Shown one piece after another: positions 23,830 through 37,900 of a DNA stretch of 64,000 nucleotides. Each line of letters opens with the position of its first letter. Position 1 is the first letter of the stretch. The notes beneath the pieces are model-generated. The model was not told the origin of the DNA. It worked only from the letters and a program-made list of their open reading frames with translations, and searched no databases. Both the position numbers and the translations under genes were made by a program. Source of the DNA: Antedon mediterranea (taxonomy: Eukaryota > Animalia > Echinodermata); contig NC_092673.1 in NCBI RefSeq assembly GCF_964355755.1, forward strand, positions 31,679,648 to 31,743,647, read 5' to 3'.

Positions 23830-25473
23830 GGAATAAACTTATAGAAAATCCAAAATAGAATGATTACACTATTGTACTTTTTGATTTTAAATAATATGAG
23901 GTATTGCAGCTGGTCCCTTCACCCATTTGAAAAGGTAACACTGTAGTAGTAGTGCAATAAGGATTGTTGAAGTTGCTCAATCATGTTATTCTTCAGATGA
24001 TCTGTTATTGTGTAGGACGTCAGTATTGTTCGTTAGGTTTTATTTATCCAAGCCCTTACAATTAGTGTAACAAGCAGGTTTATTAATTCATTAAATATTC
24101 AGAGAATATTGCGATCATATTTCAAATGAAAAAAAAAGAACATTTTTTTAAATAACAATGCATGAAAAATAGGAATGTTTGCATGATGTCATTAAATTGA
24201 TCTGACCAAATTTGCTTGTAATGGCCCATTAACTTAGTGTGTGGTGACACCGTGTAGGGGCATGTTAATTTAATAAAATATATGTAAAAAAGTGGCAGAT
24301 TTTGGCACAACATTTTAAGACAAATATTGTGCTATGCGTTGGCCTAAGACTGTATGTAGGCCTACGTGTAACAAAAATAAAATGGTGAACTGGCAAAATT
24401 AATATTGGGCGTTTGAATCTAAGGTAACAAGGTTCATCGAATCAATTAATCCATTTTCCAAAATCTAACTGTGAGTATACTCATATTATTATTGTAAAAA
24501 TATATATATATACTGAAATTTAGAGCATTTAGATTTTGTCGTAACAAAATATTCCAAATATTGCATTTATATCATTCTTTTAAATTGATTTGTACTAAAC
24601 GGTTACAAATTTGTATAACAATAATCTATTGATAGTCAAATTCGATAATGAATTGGCTCCTAGCATGTTATTGTTATGCTTCAATTATTTTGTACAAAAG
24701 ATAATTAGTATTCAGTCAGCTTCAGCTGTGGCCTGTGCAGGGACCCGGTAATAGGGTGTGTAAAGTAAGTAACTACTGTAGTGAATCTGAGTGGTATAAG
24801 GATAACACTATGGAATTGTGTCGATTATAGTGGTACAGCCGCACAAATGTAACCAACAGAAATAATATTGTTTTAGCAAGCATGTAAGTTAACATTAGTT
24901 ACAGTAACTACTGTGCATTTTAGAAATACGACAGACCATTTAGATGAAGGAATATTACACCAAGATTTATTTTGATTAACAAATGTTATCTACTGTACAA
25001 AACATAGTCTGGGTTCCAGACGGAGTTTTTTCTTAATATTAGTAAAAAGATAAATATTTTGGCACATATGGCGTTTCATACGTATACTACTTGATTTTGG
25101 ATTTTCAGACAAAAATCGCGGTTGAAATAAAAACAAATAAATTTAAAAAAAAGATAATACAGACTTGGGGCAAGTCTATACAAAACAGTAAGAAATGAAA
25201 AATGTAATGTTGCACATGACTGAATGTAAATCTTACTTTCAAGATTGTGTATACACAATACTTCAAACAATGTCAATTGCATTATTATTTTCATTTTATT
25301 TAACCACAGAGGTTGTTCTTCTCTGGGTGTTTTATAACAGTACTGTACTAAATTATATTGTGGAGGAATAATTCCTCCATTTATACAGACCATGCTGGGT
25401 ATTTATTTATAATATCTATCAATTTTTTTTTGTAGACATGCAGAATGTGATGAAATGACAGACTCTAAAGACA

Positions 25474-25984
25474 ATGGCAGAAGACAAATTGAGCATCTTG
25501 AAAAGAGATCTCAGTAAATTCTATCAAGGAGAACGGTACCTTTGGTTGAGATTCGTTGTCTTTGATCACATAGAATTGGGAGATCTTACTCGTACAGATG
25601 TCAATGGACATACATTGTTTAATTTACTCCAAGATAAAGGTTATGTAAAACCTACTAATGTCAACCTTTTATTAGAAGTTACACAACTAACATGTTTGGC
25701 AGCTGCAATAGAGCTGGTTACTCAATATATGCTTGCTAACAATGTCCAACATTGTGATATAAAACGATTGTCACCATACCGAAAACAACTGTTTAAAGCC
25801 TTAAGAAAAGTAAATCAAAACGATCTAATTAATGTTATTGCTTTCTATAATTTGCACCATAATCCAAACCTAAATATTTGGGAAATAGTGTTTGACCTGG
25901 AGGAACAGAAGAAGTTAACACAAGATGCAGATAAACTCCAGTGTTTTGCAGATCTTCTTCAGACAATTGCAAAAGATGAACTAT
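25474..25984 (+). CDS. NLR-B first coding exon: tandem death effector domains
   Basis: LFNLLQDKGYVKPTNVNLLLEV (DED1) and SPYRKQLF...IWEIVFDLEEQKKL (DED2) resemble caspase-8/cFLIP tandem DED patterns; acceptor at 25435, donor gtaagt at 25985. Confidence 0.75.
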
Positions 25985-28900
25985 GTAAGTAACAGGGGTT
26001 TAGGTGGTTATTACATTCAAATATATGCTTTTTTTAATGTTTTAATTATTTAACTATATTTCATGATAAAGGATATTTTTATCATGAAATATGCTATTTT
26101 GCAATTAAAGAATGACTAATGAATGAAAACTATAATAAACTAAATTCTAATAAATATTTTAATTGAATAACGTTAAATTATTTTTATTTGCATACAACGC
26201 GACTCTATAGCTCATTATGTCGGTTGGTAAACACTAATAGTTCACGAGATAGCATTTTTTTGCAATTGTTATCCAAAAATGAGTGAAAATGGTTATTTTA
26301 CTTATACACGGTCACAATATAACACAAATTAAAACATTTTTTTTACATCCACTCCTATATGACTGGAGCAGTTTTTAAAAGTTGCTCGAAAAATATTGAA
26401 GAATATATTATTAGCTATTGATATTTAAAAAAAATAAAAATATCAAATTTTACCCAAAAAATGAAAAAAAATTGTTTATTTTAAAAATATTTTGTAAAAT
26501 AATGACTGAAATGACTTTTAATGAGAATCAATGTTTAGTATAATTCATCAGCTTTAATTTGAGCCTAATTTTTAAGAAACGTTCTGTGCCATAAAATAAA
26601 AATACTGGTAAAATGTGGGTCAAAAAGTAGGTCCTTGACCTCTGACCCCAAGACCCAGCACTCACAACACTTAAGAATTGGGTTTTCAGATGTACCAAAG
26701 TATGTCACACACAGAAATCATATTAAGACCAATGGTAAAATATGTGCACTATATTGATCCATCTCTCGGACTAGAACTCAAATTTGTGCACGCAACTGCA
26801 GCCTTGTTTTAAAGGCTATTTGTTTGGTATTTTCAGGAAGAAGTACTTTTCAATAATATAACTTTGAAGTTTCTGAACGTGCACAGAATTTTCGACTTTG
26901 CATCTATGTAGTCTAGTGACACATTAAAATGAATGGCTGTTATATTTATTTTAAAACAAATTCTGATTTTTGTGATTTTCAGTAATTTCATAAAATCATA
27001 TGCAACTATAGTATAATAAACAATTTATCATACATGACTTTCTAATAGTTTATCTTTTATTTTTGTTTAGGTGGAAGCCTTCCAACGTATATCAAACCAT
27101 GTAGAGATATCCAACATTTGCCAGCAAACTTTTTTAAGCTTGCACTGCTTCCTGATGCCATAGGTTATGTCAAGAAAATATTTAATAACATTTTACCTGT
27201 ATTCCCATTTGCCACTGTCAATGAAGCAAGAATGAGTATACATTCAAATACATCTATAATATTTGATCTACGTGTATACGATAGAAACGCCCTGTTTAAT
27301 TTATTGAACCTGTACTGGGAAAATGTACTTATCAAGAAGTTAGCAATCATATTAGTACCAGAAAAGACACAACAGTTCTTAGAAAACTGGAAAATAAAGA
27401 TTCATGATAATGACAAAAGTCAAGCTTTTAAGGAACTAAAGGAAAAAGGTAATTGTATTCAATTCAGAAAAATCGGTCAGTCTAATTACCGAACCGAAAA
27501 TAACCGAAAACAACCGAAAACAACCAAAACAACCATAAACAACCAAAAACAACCGAAAACAAACCGAAAACAAAATAAAATAATCTAAATACCGAAAACA
27601 AATTTTGTATAATATTTTTTTTAATGTTGCCCTCTATTGATGGGTGTTTCTAAAGACCATAACAGAGAGAAAACCGCGCGCGGAAAAGCCAAGGAAGACC
27701 CTACGAAATGGTAGTGTGCACAAAATACAACTAAAAATCGTACAATCAATCAATGATAACATCGCATTTACTACAGAATCTATAAAAATATTTTAATTTT
27801 AGTCTTTCGATTTTTGATCCAGAAACGAACGCATTTACTCCTCACAATAATTGTGAATCACGTTAATCCATACTAGAAAGTAAATTGACTATGGTTAATC
27901 ATGATCAATTTAATTATAGATTTTCAAAGATAATAATATAAAAATGATATTTTTAAGAATATTGATATTAGGGACTAAAGTATACTTAAAACCAGCTCAC
28001 GATAAAGGATTCACAATATAATCTATTCAGTAAAATTACCGTAGTCGAGTAAATAACGTTTTTATCCTTAATCACTTCAAGGGACGAAAACGCAAAGTTA
28101 GGTAAAATCATATGCTTTGTTTTGAAAAGACTAAAAACGAAATGTGTTTTGTAAGTAAATGTAGTCTACGGTGTATTTCATTGAATTTGTACGATTTTGA
28201 GTTGTATTTTAATTGTGCACACTGCCATTTCGTAGGGTCTTGTCTTCCTTGGCTTTTGCGCGCGCGGTTTTCTCTCTGTATGATGGCCGGTCTTAGCTTT
28301 AGAAACACCCATCAATAGAGGGCGACATTAACAAAAATATTATACAAATTTGTTTTTGGTATTTAGATTTCTTTATTTTGTTTTCGGTTTGTTTTCTGTT
28401 TATTTTCGGTTGTTTACGGTTGTTTGTGGTTGTTTTCGGTTATTTTCGGTTGTTTTCGGTTATTTTCGGTTGTTTTCGGTTGTTTTCGGTAATTAGACTG
28501 ACCCAGAAAAATTAACAGCTTTTTGCTGTTGTTTATATTAACTCTAACAAATGTTTATACAAAAATTGAAAAATAAAGTACTAAACCTAGCATAATGTTC
28601 TATCTTTTTGTTTTGTTTCCAAATCAGATCTGCTTATGTTTTTACAATATAATATATCGTACAGTCTTTATGGACTAAACCTTGACTTACAATTATATAT
28701 GTAGTGATTAACAATTCATAAATTATCTTACAGATGAAGTTGTAACCAAAAATAAACATGAAAGTTGGAAAGGTAATTTCTGTTTTGTTTCTATTGTATG
28801 TTTTTAAAATATTAAAGTAATCTCAAATCTAAACATTTTAAATCAATCTTATTAGAAACGAATAAGCAAATTTATTTGTAACATATAAATAAAGAAGAAA

Positions 28901-31900
28901 TGAAGATATTAATACTAATGCATGATTGAGAACGTTTGTAGCATAACCGAGACGGTGAGATATTCTAAACACAATTCTCTAAATGCAACAATAACCCTTG
29001 CTCGAAAAGGTCTTTAGGTCAGCATTTATTTATAGGATTTATCTGTTTTTATAGTTTATTCACAAATGAAACTTGTTTTTTTTTGCCTTTTGTTAGGTGC
29101 AAAATTATTAGTTCGTCTTGTTAAACAGCAAAGTGATAGTGAACTCCCTGGACTGGAAGAACTATTTGGCAATCAACAAAGGTTAGCAAAAGTATGGACA
29201 GAGATAAACAAACAGCTTACTACATATTTCCAGAGTATTGGTATAAAGTATGAGTATCTTGGATCTGGAAGCATAGTGTTATATCTAGTATCATGTGACT
29301 CTGGATCTATGAAAGGGCTATGGGAAATGTATGTCAGCAAAAAGCTGCACAAAGATTTAGCAAAATTATTGGTAGCAGATGAATTCCAGCACATGTTTGC
29401 ACAACACTTTATTGTTGAGATTGATATACAAGACTATGAAACTGCAATCAGGAAATTAGATGGAATAGGTAAGGAATCATAATACTTTAAGTAAATAGTT
29501 TTTGAGGATCAGATGAACATGTAGAAATAGGCTATTACAGTTTAAATTTGACTTTTCGTTTACTACCAGTGTCAAATTATCATGTAATTCATTCATTCAT
29601 TCAATCTTTTATTTCGGAAACTCTGGTCCATAGAAAGTAAATTACATATAAATGAAATAAATAAAATAAACAAAATTACTACTACTCATCTCAGGCCCTT
29701 TGATGTATGTAAAAATTGTGTAGCATATCTTTTTTGTGTGTGCAGTGCTTGTATTAATAGCATCTCACACAATGAAATTCTCTATCTCAGTAGACTTTTA
29801 TGTTGACTTGTACATCGAGAACCTTGAAGTTATATGTCTAAAAAAATAGTTTTAGCCTAAAATCTGCATTGATAGCTTTTAATGCAGGGATGTAAAACAA
29901 AATAAATACATTTTATTTTGTTTTTACAGTTGCAGTTGGACCACCAAATACAGATTCAGGTATGTTGTACTTTAACAGAATAAATAATTTTAAAGCTCAA
30001 AAATTTGTATTCCTATATCATCAGATATATAATTATTCTGCATAAAAATTATTCCGATATAGCAATATTTAGTGAAAATTTGACTTATTTTATATGAGTA
30101 AATATTTATTGACTTTCAAAGATTGTAAAGATTTTAACTGTTTTGATGACAGATTGGTTTTCACAGCCATGTACCCATAGTGAGCTTGAGTTTACCAAGT
30201 TTAACTGGTTTAAATCACTATTTCAGTGTGCACTACCTGAGTAGGCTTACATTACATTTTTTTCAACAGTAGAATGTTAATGTGAACATTAAATACCGTA
30301 AATCTTCTAATAGTAACCCACACTCTAATAGTAACCCCCTTCTAATAGTAACCCACACTCTAATAGTATCCCACACTCTAATAGTAACCCACCTTATAAG
30401 TCAATCTATAATAATAACCCACTACTCTATTAGTAACCCATTGTGGTTACTATTAGAGTCAGAAAAACTTATGATGCAGCCGTATTTTGAAAATAAAGAG
30501 ATAATGCATGTTGATCTCGGGAGTTGGTGAGGATTGAGTGTTTTAAAAAGTTTATAACATAAAGTTAGAGTTCAGCGAAATTTGTTTATTCGTACTGTTT
30601 TATTATTTTACTATGAGGTGCTGACCGGAAAAGTTGGGGGTGGGTTACTATTTTCAGGTGCCTAATTTAAGATTAGTAATACAGTAGTAACCCACTACTC
30701 TAATAGTAACCCCCCTTCTCATAGTACCCCACCCTAGAAAACAACCAAAGAATAATAACCAAGGGTTACAATTAGAAGATTTACAGTATCACCTTTAATG
30801 TCTATTTTATCTCTATGCTTGTGGAAACCTCCCTGAACCTTCTGTTCTAGCACAAATTGTTATAGTGCAAAAGGTGAATATGGTCATTTAGACAAGATTA
30901 GTGATATAATTTATATTTTCTTATCAAACAGAAACATTTGGAGACTCTCATTCATCTGTGATTAGCAGCATGGAGCAAGGAGCAGAATTTGGTTATTTAC
31001 ATTTTTTTTCTCATTTCAATACATAAAGAAACCCAGAAAAACGACCACCACCCATTTAATTTCATATTTTAGCATGTATGCAGACCCCCACCTAAACCCT
31101 AACCACTGTCAGCCAATAGCTTTTAATGTTTCAAGCTGGAATCAGTGGTTTATTAAAGAAAAGTTTACTTTTAAACAAAAGGTGTGTTATAACAAAAAAT
31201 GAATGTTTTTAATCATCAAATAGAGAAAATATTTCAGTTGTCTTAGTCTTGTTAAGTAAAGCAGTCATCTTTCAACTCATGAAATAGTCTCACCATCCAA
31301 CTGATAAACATTCATTATTTATGTAATATTATACCAAAGTGTACATTTGTGTATAGTGACAATAGAGTTCATCTTATCCTTATAGTATGGATGTGTATGA
31401 ATTTGTTAACTTTTTACAGGTCAAGTTGGAACATTCGAAAGATCAAGCCCAGATCTAGGTATGTTATGTTAAAGAGTCACAAATTTACTTCAGAAAAAAG
31501 TTCACAGCTGTCACGGTTATAATACATATTGTTGCATAGGATTATATTTTATAATAAACAATAACAATTTGAAACCTTTATTACTGTAACTGGTTCAAAA
31601 CTGTGATGACCTCCCAGAATGTATAACCAAGATTATTCGTTTATATTATTTTTAAAAAGGAGTTCTCATTATATTAGTCTTTATACTATTTAAAATTGTA
31701 TTGTCAGTTACCCTATTTTATAAATAAAGCTTTGCTTCATGCATTACCACCCCCCCCCCCCCCTCCCACCTTTTTTTGCGTTGTCCTTAGGGTCCTTACA
31801 AGACACGGCACTGCCTTCTAGTTTGTGACCATATCAACAGTTAATTTATTTTAATTGATTAATCTATGTTCAAAATGTTGATTACTGTTGATAAATAAAT

Positions 31901-34900
31901 GTATATGAAATTAACTTGGAGCAAATACCTTTCAATAAAGTTAATTTTTTGAACATCATCTGAGCTTTTAATATACAAGAATACAATGCAGAATGGGAGA
32001 CTATACCTTTCACATACCAAAACCAAGGACTCATTCTTAATAATGGTACATATACATAATGGATTTTTTAGTCCTAGAAGAAGCAGCTACTTCTGTTAGT
32101 GAACATTACATGGTATCTGTTATGGATCTCAAAAGTGTTGGATCACAAAGCGGTGAGTTCTTATATGCTGATATCAAACTTCTTGTGTATGCAATCGTGA
32201 AGGAAATTATTCTCTAATAATCTTAATCTTAGTTATTCATTTTGACAAAAAATTGGATCCAAACATTTTTTTTACCTAAAAACAACTGTAATTAAAAGCA
32301 AAAAAATAATAAAATTTTCTGCCAGCCAATGGTTTTTTGTTGAATTTAACCATGAAAACATAGGCCTATATATTTTTTTTGGAAGAACTTGATTAAAGCT
32401 ACAAAATGGTCAATTCAAAATCTGATTGATTGATTTGTCATGTTTTTGGGGAAAATACATCTTTAAGTGTAAATTTAAAAGCCACAATTTGGAATTGGCA
32501 CTGTGAGATGGTATACACTGTGCATTCACTATTTTTATACCCTGAACATTTGTAGTAACACAAATCAAATTGAAATATTTTGTGAACATTTTTTACTTTT
32601 ACAGTTATTTTATTTTAATTGTTGATAAATAAATGAATATTAAATAAAATGAACCTATAGCTACCTTTTAATAAGGTTAATTTTGTGAACAGCATCCGAG
32701 CTTTTAATATATGCATTTTTAAATTTTAAAGATGAAATTGGAACATCGGAAAGATCATTTCCAGGTATGTTTGTTGTATTATGTTAAAGGGTTGCTCCTG
32801 GTTTAACATTAATAATAACTTTTTCCATAGTATTTCCTATGCAACATTGATTGTCCTTTTGTAATAAACAATACAGATTTTAAAACTGGAGTTTGCATAG
32901 GAACCTTGTAACCTCTAAACTTAGCAACTTTAAAATGATAAAAATATTTGTTATTATACCTATGTTCATTTATTTCTAAACTTAGCTGTCTCTGACAGTG
33001 GACGTTACACACTCTCTGTTATAGACCAAAGTGTTGGATCAAAAAGTGGTGAGTACATTAAGATACAGTAGGACTTGAAAAACTACCTCATTTGTCCCTT
33101 TGACATCATAACCGCAAACTCTTCCTTTGTATCAGTGAAAATAATAATACAGATTAAACAAAATGTAAATGAATAGATTAATAGTTAATGCCTTAAATAA
33201 AGTCAAGTAAAATGTGCGAATTGAGATCAAAATAATCATACTGCATGACATGATCAACAGTTAAAATAAATGACACAAAGAGCACTGTGACAATTAGATA
33301 ACAATGGTAATAAGCACTAAATAAGAAAAATAAAGAAAAAAGGGCAAAGTAGTATATAGACAATATCATTAATAAGAGGTGGATAATATATTTTTATGGA
33401 GATGATAAAGTAATAGGCTGTAAACATATTTGTATTTAAATTAGGAATTAAGAAAAGAAAGAATACAAGTAGAAAAAGTGGGAGACTTTTCTGCCAGTCA
33501 CATGTTGAAACCAGCATACACATTCTTTGTTATTTTTGGTTTTTTTTAGTCCTAGAAGATGCAGCTACTTCTGTTAGTAAGCACTACATAGACTCTGTTA
33601 AGGACCAAAGTGTTGGATCACAAAGTGGTGAGTTCTTATATGCTAATTAAACTTCATGTGTATGTAATTGTGGAAGAAATTGAGATTTAATTGATACTCT
33701 CTTATAATCTTAATTAAGTGTAAATTTAAAAGGCAAAATTTAAAATTGGTATGATAGATGGCACTATGAAATGGTACATTTTTAGCAACACACAACACAA
33801 CTAAATAAAATTTGATAAATGTCTAGTGAAAGTGATTTTTTGTATGACTAAATATGTATTGACTTTCAAAGATTTTAAATATTTTGACAACAGATTGATT
33901 TTCACAGTCATGTACCCATGAACAACATAAATACTTTTAATACATGAAAATGTATTATTAAAATGAAAAGGTTCAAATATATGAGTTGGTGTGTTTGTTT
34001 AGGAGAGTGACTCTAACCTCATTCAAATTACTAAATATGCTATTATTATTTATATAAAACCTAGCTGCTTCTGGAAGTGGACGTTACACGCTCTCTGTTA
34101 TGGACCAAAGTGTTGGATCAAAAAATGGTGAGCTCTTACCTTTAAAGATAGGACTTAAGAACTAGCTCATTGTCACGAACTCCTCTCACGTATGTTTCCG
34201 AGCGGTTGAAAATACCTTAGGAACTCCCTTGTGACATAAAAGTATACACACAAACAACTCAAAAACAAAGCTTTAATTTCAATCAACTTTAACTTTTAAC
34301 AATCCAGTAAGCACTTTAAACAACAGCTTCACAATAACTTTACAATATAATATCCAACCTCTAATCCAACCTTCTTCTACAAAATAAATGCTTCAATCAA
34401 AAATCCTTCTCCCTTTTACAATTGTCATACTTCCCCTTATATACAAGATGCTCCTATCCTTCTAGATCATTCTTTATACTTCTCATTATTACATGATTAC
34501 AGTTTCTATTAATAGCATACTGGAATGTTCCTGATTGTTCTTATTAATTATACATGGTTTCTTAAATCAAAACATCTTATTCTAGAATGTTCATGTAAAT
34601 ACTATGTTACTCTATATGTTAGGGAATGGTAATTTATTACACTCATGCAAAGTTTACCTTTCTATCAGTAAACAATAATAATAGTTTATAGATAAAAGTA
34701 AACTTTATGGCATGATCACCAGTCACGAAAAGCAATAGGAAACAGTTGAATAAAATTGGTGATTGGCCGTAAATGTATTTGTATAAAATTAGGAAAACTT
34801 GCATTAAAGAAAGAATACAAGGAAAAAATGTAACAAGTTGTAACCAGGTTTGCATACTGATAAGAGGCCTGTTTTTGTTCCAAGATGTTCCAAGTTGTTA

Positions 34901-37900
34901 CTGCGCGCGTGTGTTGCCCTGGTATTGAACTGACCAATCATATATTAATCAAATAGAGCGTATACAATTTGCTACAAGATAAAACAAGGATTATGAATTA
35001 CGCAGAAACAAAAGTTGCAAGTCGTCTTTCCATTTATTTGTTCACAATACTGAACCCATCAAGTTGCCTGGTAATTCAAAGTAGTCCTTCTAATAGATGT
35101 TAACATGATAAAGAACATAACTAACTAAATAAAAAACGCCTTTAGGCTGAAAAAATGTATAAGGAAAGTGTTATTTTAAAAATAATTTAGAATTTACAAG
35201 CACATCATATATAGTTTTTTAAGTGTTTATGTAAAAGTCATAATTAAAAAGTTCTATATGATTTTTTATTAGCTGCACAAACATACTCCAACACGACTGA
35301 TATTGAAAAAGAAATAAAATCTGTTGAAGGTAGGTAAAAATATTGGTCCATTTAAATGAAAATAATAGTAATAGTCTCTATAATCACAATGACAATCATT
35401 GCTGAAAACAAATTGTTTTGACAACCATTATTGAAAGTTCAATGTGATTTGTTTATCAGGTTCAATAAGGTTCTATGCAGGTCGTAAACAAGAACTTGAA
35501 GAAGAACTTGCTGAAACTGAACGTGAGTCATCATTTAGAAACTAATTATTAGTAGAACAACTAACAAACTATATGAGGAATGAAAAAAATGGGTTTGTTA
35601 CTATTGTAATTAGTGATGAGTTAACTCAAAGGTCAGAAATGTCATTTCCTGTCATTTTTTACTATAATGTCCAATTAGACTGAATACGCATGTATACCTT
35701 CTGATCAATTTGAGACCAAAATTACCTTGCTGTGACCAGTGGTTTTCAAAATGTAAGGACCTATTGGTATTTTGGTCTTATAACCTTTCACCTTGACCTT
35801 TTGCCACATTTTCAAAATGTGTAGCCAAGGCAAAAATGATTGTTTGACCATTCTAAACCAATTTCTGAAGTCAAATTCTCTGGACCTCAAAGACGTGCAT
35901 ACAGTACAGTAATAAGAAAGCATTAACAATTTGTAAATAATAATTTATTTTTTTATTATTACAGGTTTATTAAGACTCAATGAAAATCGTAAGCAAAATC
36001 AAGAAGAAGAACTTTCTGAAACAGAAGGTGAGTCATAATACATAATATTATTACATATTGTTGATTTGTTGTCATGTGCATTTTATTTGGTACACATATA
36101 CTGTACTTGCTTGCTCCAGCATTTAATTCTGACCCAGAGTTTTTCGGAGAGATAGATGCCATGTTTTGCGTCTGGCCAGATGAAAGGGGCTACCTGTACA
36201 TTTATAGATGTTGTGGCCCACAATAATTAAAAGATGAAGCAAAATGAAAAGGTACAATTACGTTGGCTACATGCAGTGTTTGTTGAAGGCATCCATGCTG
36301 AAGGGATTTTAATGTACTGGTACATGTCTTGAACTGTTTTGATATTGCACATAATTTTGTGTTACGTTCCTGTGCTTGGAGGATGACTGTTGTTGATGAA
36401 GGATTCTGGTGGTGAGAGGATGCATTACCCATACGGGGAATTCATCCTGTCACCTACTGATTTTGATGTTGGAAGGGAATGTTGGGATAGTGTCTGTACT
36501 TACATTGGTCGTGTATGTTGTTTAGTCTAATAGTGCATCTATCTGTCTGACGGCTTAGTTTTATCAACTATGAACTTGTCTTGATGAAAATCAATTTGAA
36601 ATTTCCAGGTGTCCGAATCATGGCACTGTCCTAACCATGGATCATTGAGGTACATGAATATTGAAAATGTGACGAGTTTTAAAATACATTCCTTTTCACT
36701 AAATAATCTTTCGCATGGTGAAGTCCACGATTTATAAATTTACACCTTTAATGATCTTCGATTGTAAAATCTAAACAGTTACTCCTAATCGTTCAAATTT
36801 GGTATCAATTTGAACAAAAAATATAACATTTTCACGTACATATCTATCATTAATATTGAGGGAATATTGTTAAATTAAGAGTTTTATAGAAACAGTACTA
36901 GTACTAGGAGGTTACGGTCCAGGGGAAAAATACCGGGGGGAGGGGGTTTAGGGGAATGTCCGTGGGTGAAATGTCCAGGGGGAAAATATCCTAGAACCGA
37001 TTTCACAACATTAGGATATTATTATTATTATTATTTACATGTTTATAAGCATTATAAATTATAGTTACGTCCTGTAATTTGTGAGTTTCTTGCGGTTGGA
37101 TCCATGTTAAAAATAATATTACTTTTAAAGCAGCTGGCCTATATACAAATATAAAGTGTCTGAAAACCTGGCCTTTGGCATTCTATTTAAGACAAAAGTG
37201 GAAAAATAATTGAGCGGCTTTAGAAGTTGCATACTTTTTAATTGTGCATTATTCACATGCACAACACATGATGTGAAATAAATCAATCAAATGGCAATAA
37301 TACATTCATAAAAATGTATTATTAAAAGTAAAGTACAATTAAAGTGTATTCATCACATGTATCGCATGTTAAAATGCCAGCATGTTAAAATGCCCATGCC
37401 AGCTCACTCAGTTGGTTCTATTGTTTTTTTTGTATGTCGTGTTTTTCATGTATTTTATATTTGGCAATAAAAGAATAAGAATAAGAAAATACAATAAAAG
37501 AAAAATAATGAAATAATCAAAAAAACTTGATACCATTTTATTTTATGTCTTTTATAGATTTACTAAGCCACTATGACTCGCTTAAAGAAAAACTTAAAGA
37601 GATTATAAGTAAAGGTAAGTTTAACACATTCAAGAATAGCATTAGAATTTATAAAAAATGTTGTAAAAACCTTAACTGTATTTGATTTCTTTTGATAGGT
37701 AGAGACCGTGAAATGCAGAAGAAAGAACTACTTTTGCCAACTGAAGGTAGGTTTTGGAGACAATTTCTTATATAACTAGAGGGCACTCTACCTTCAATAT
37801 ATTTTTCCTACATACAAATTTCCTCCTGAAAAAAAAAATTTTGTTTGTTTGTGACTTGACACTTTACTCTGAACCTTAAGTTCAACAGAGTTTTGAAGCA

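Noticed and set aside
27449-27588. K/N/Q-rich C-terminal extension of ORF 27118-27588
   Set aside because: Read-through past the splice donor into MITE subterminal repeats
36090-36660. Possible degraded minus-strand retroelement (Penelope-like) fragment
   Set aside because: Only vague motif resemblance, no ORF or ends that I can support
36914-36998. G-rich tract with G-quadruplex potential
   Set aside because: Looks like a lone DNA-transposon end fragment; no partner end or functional evidence
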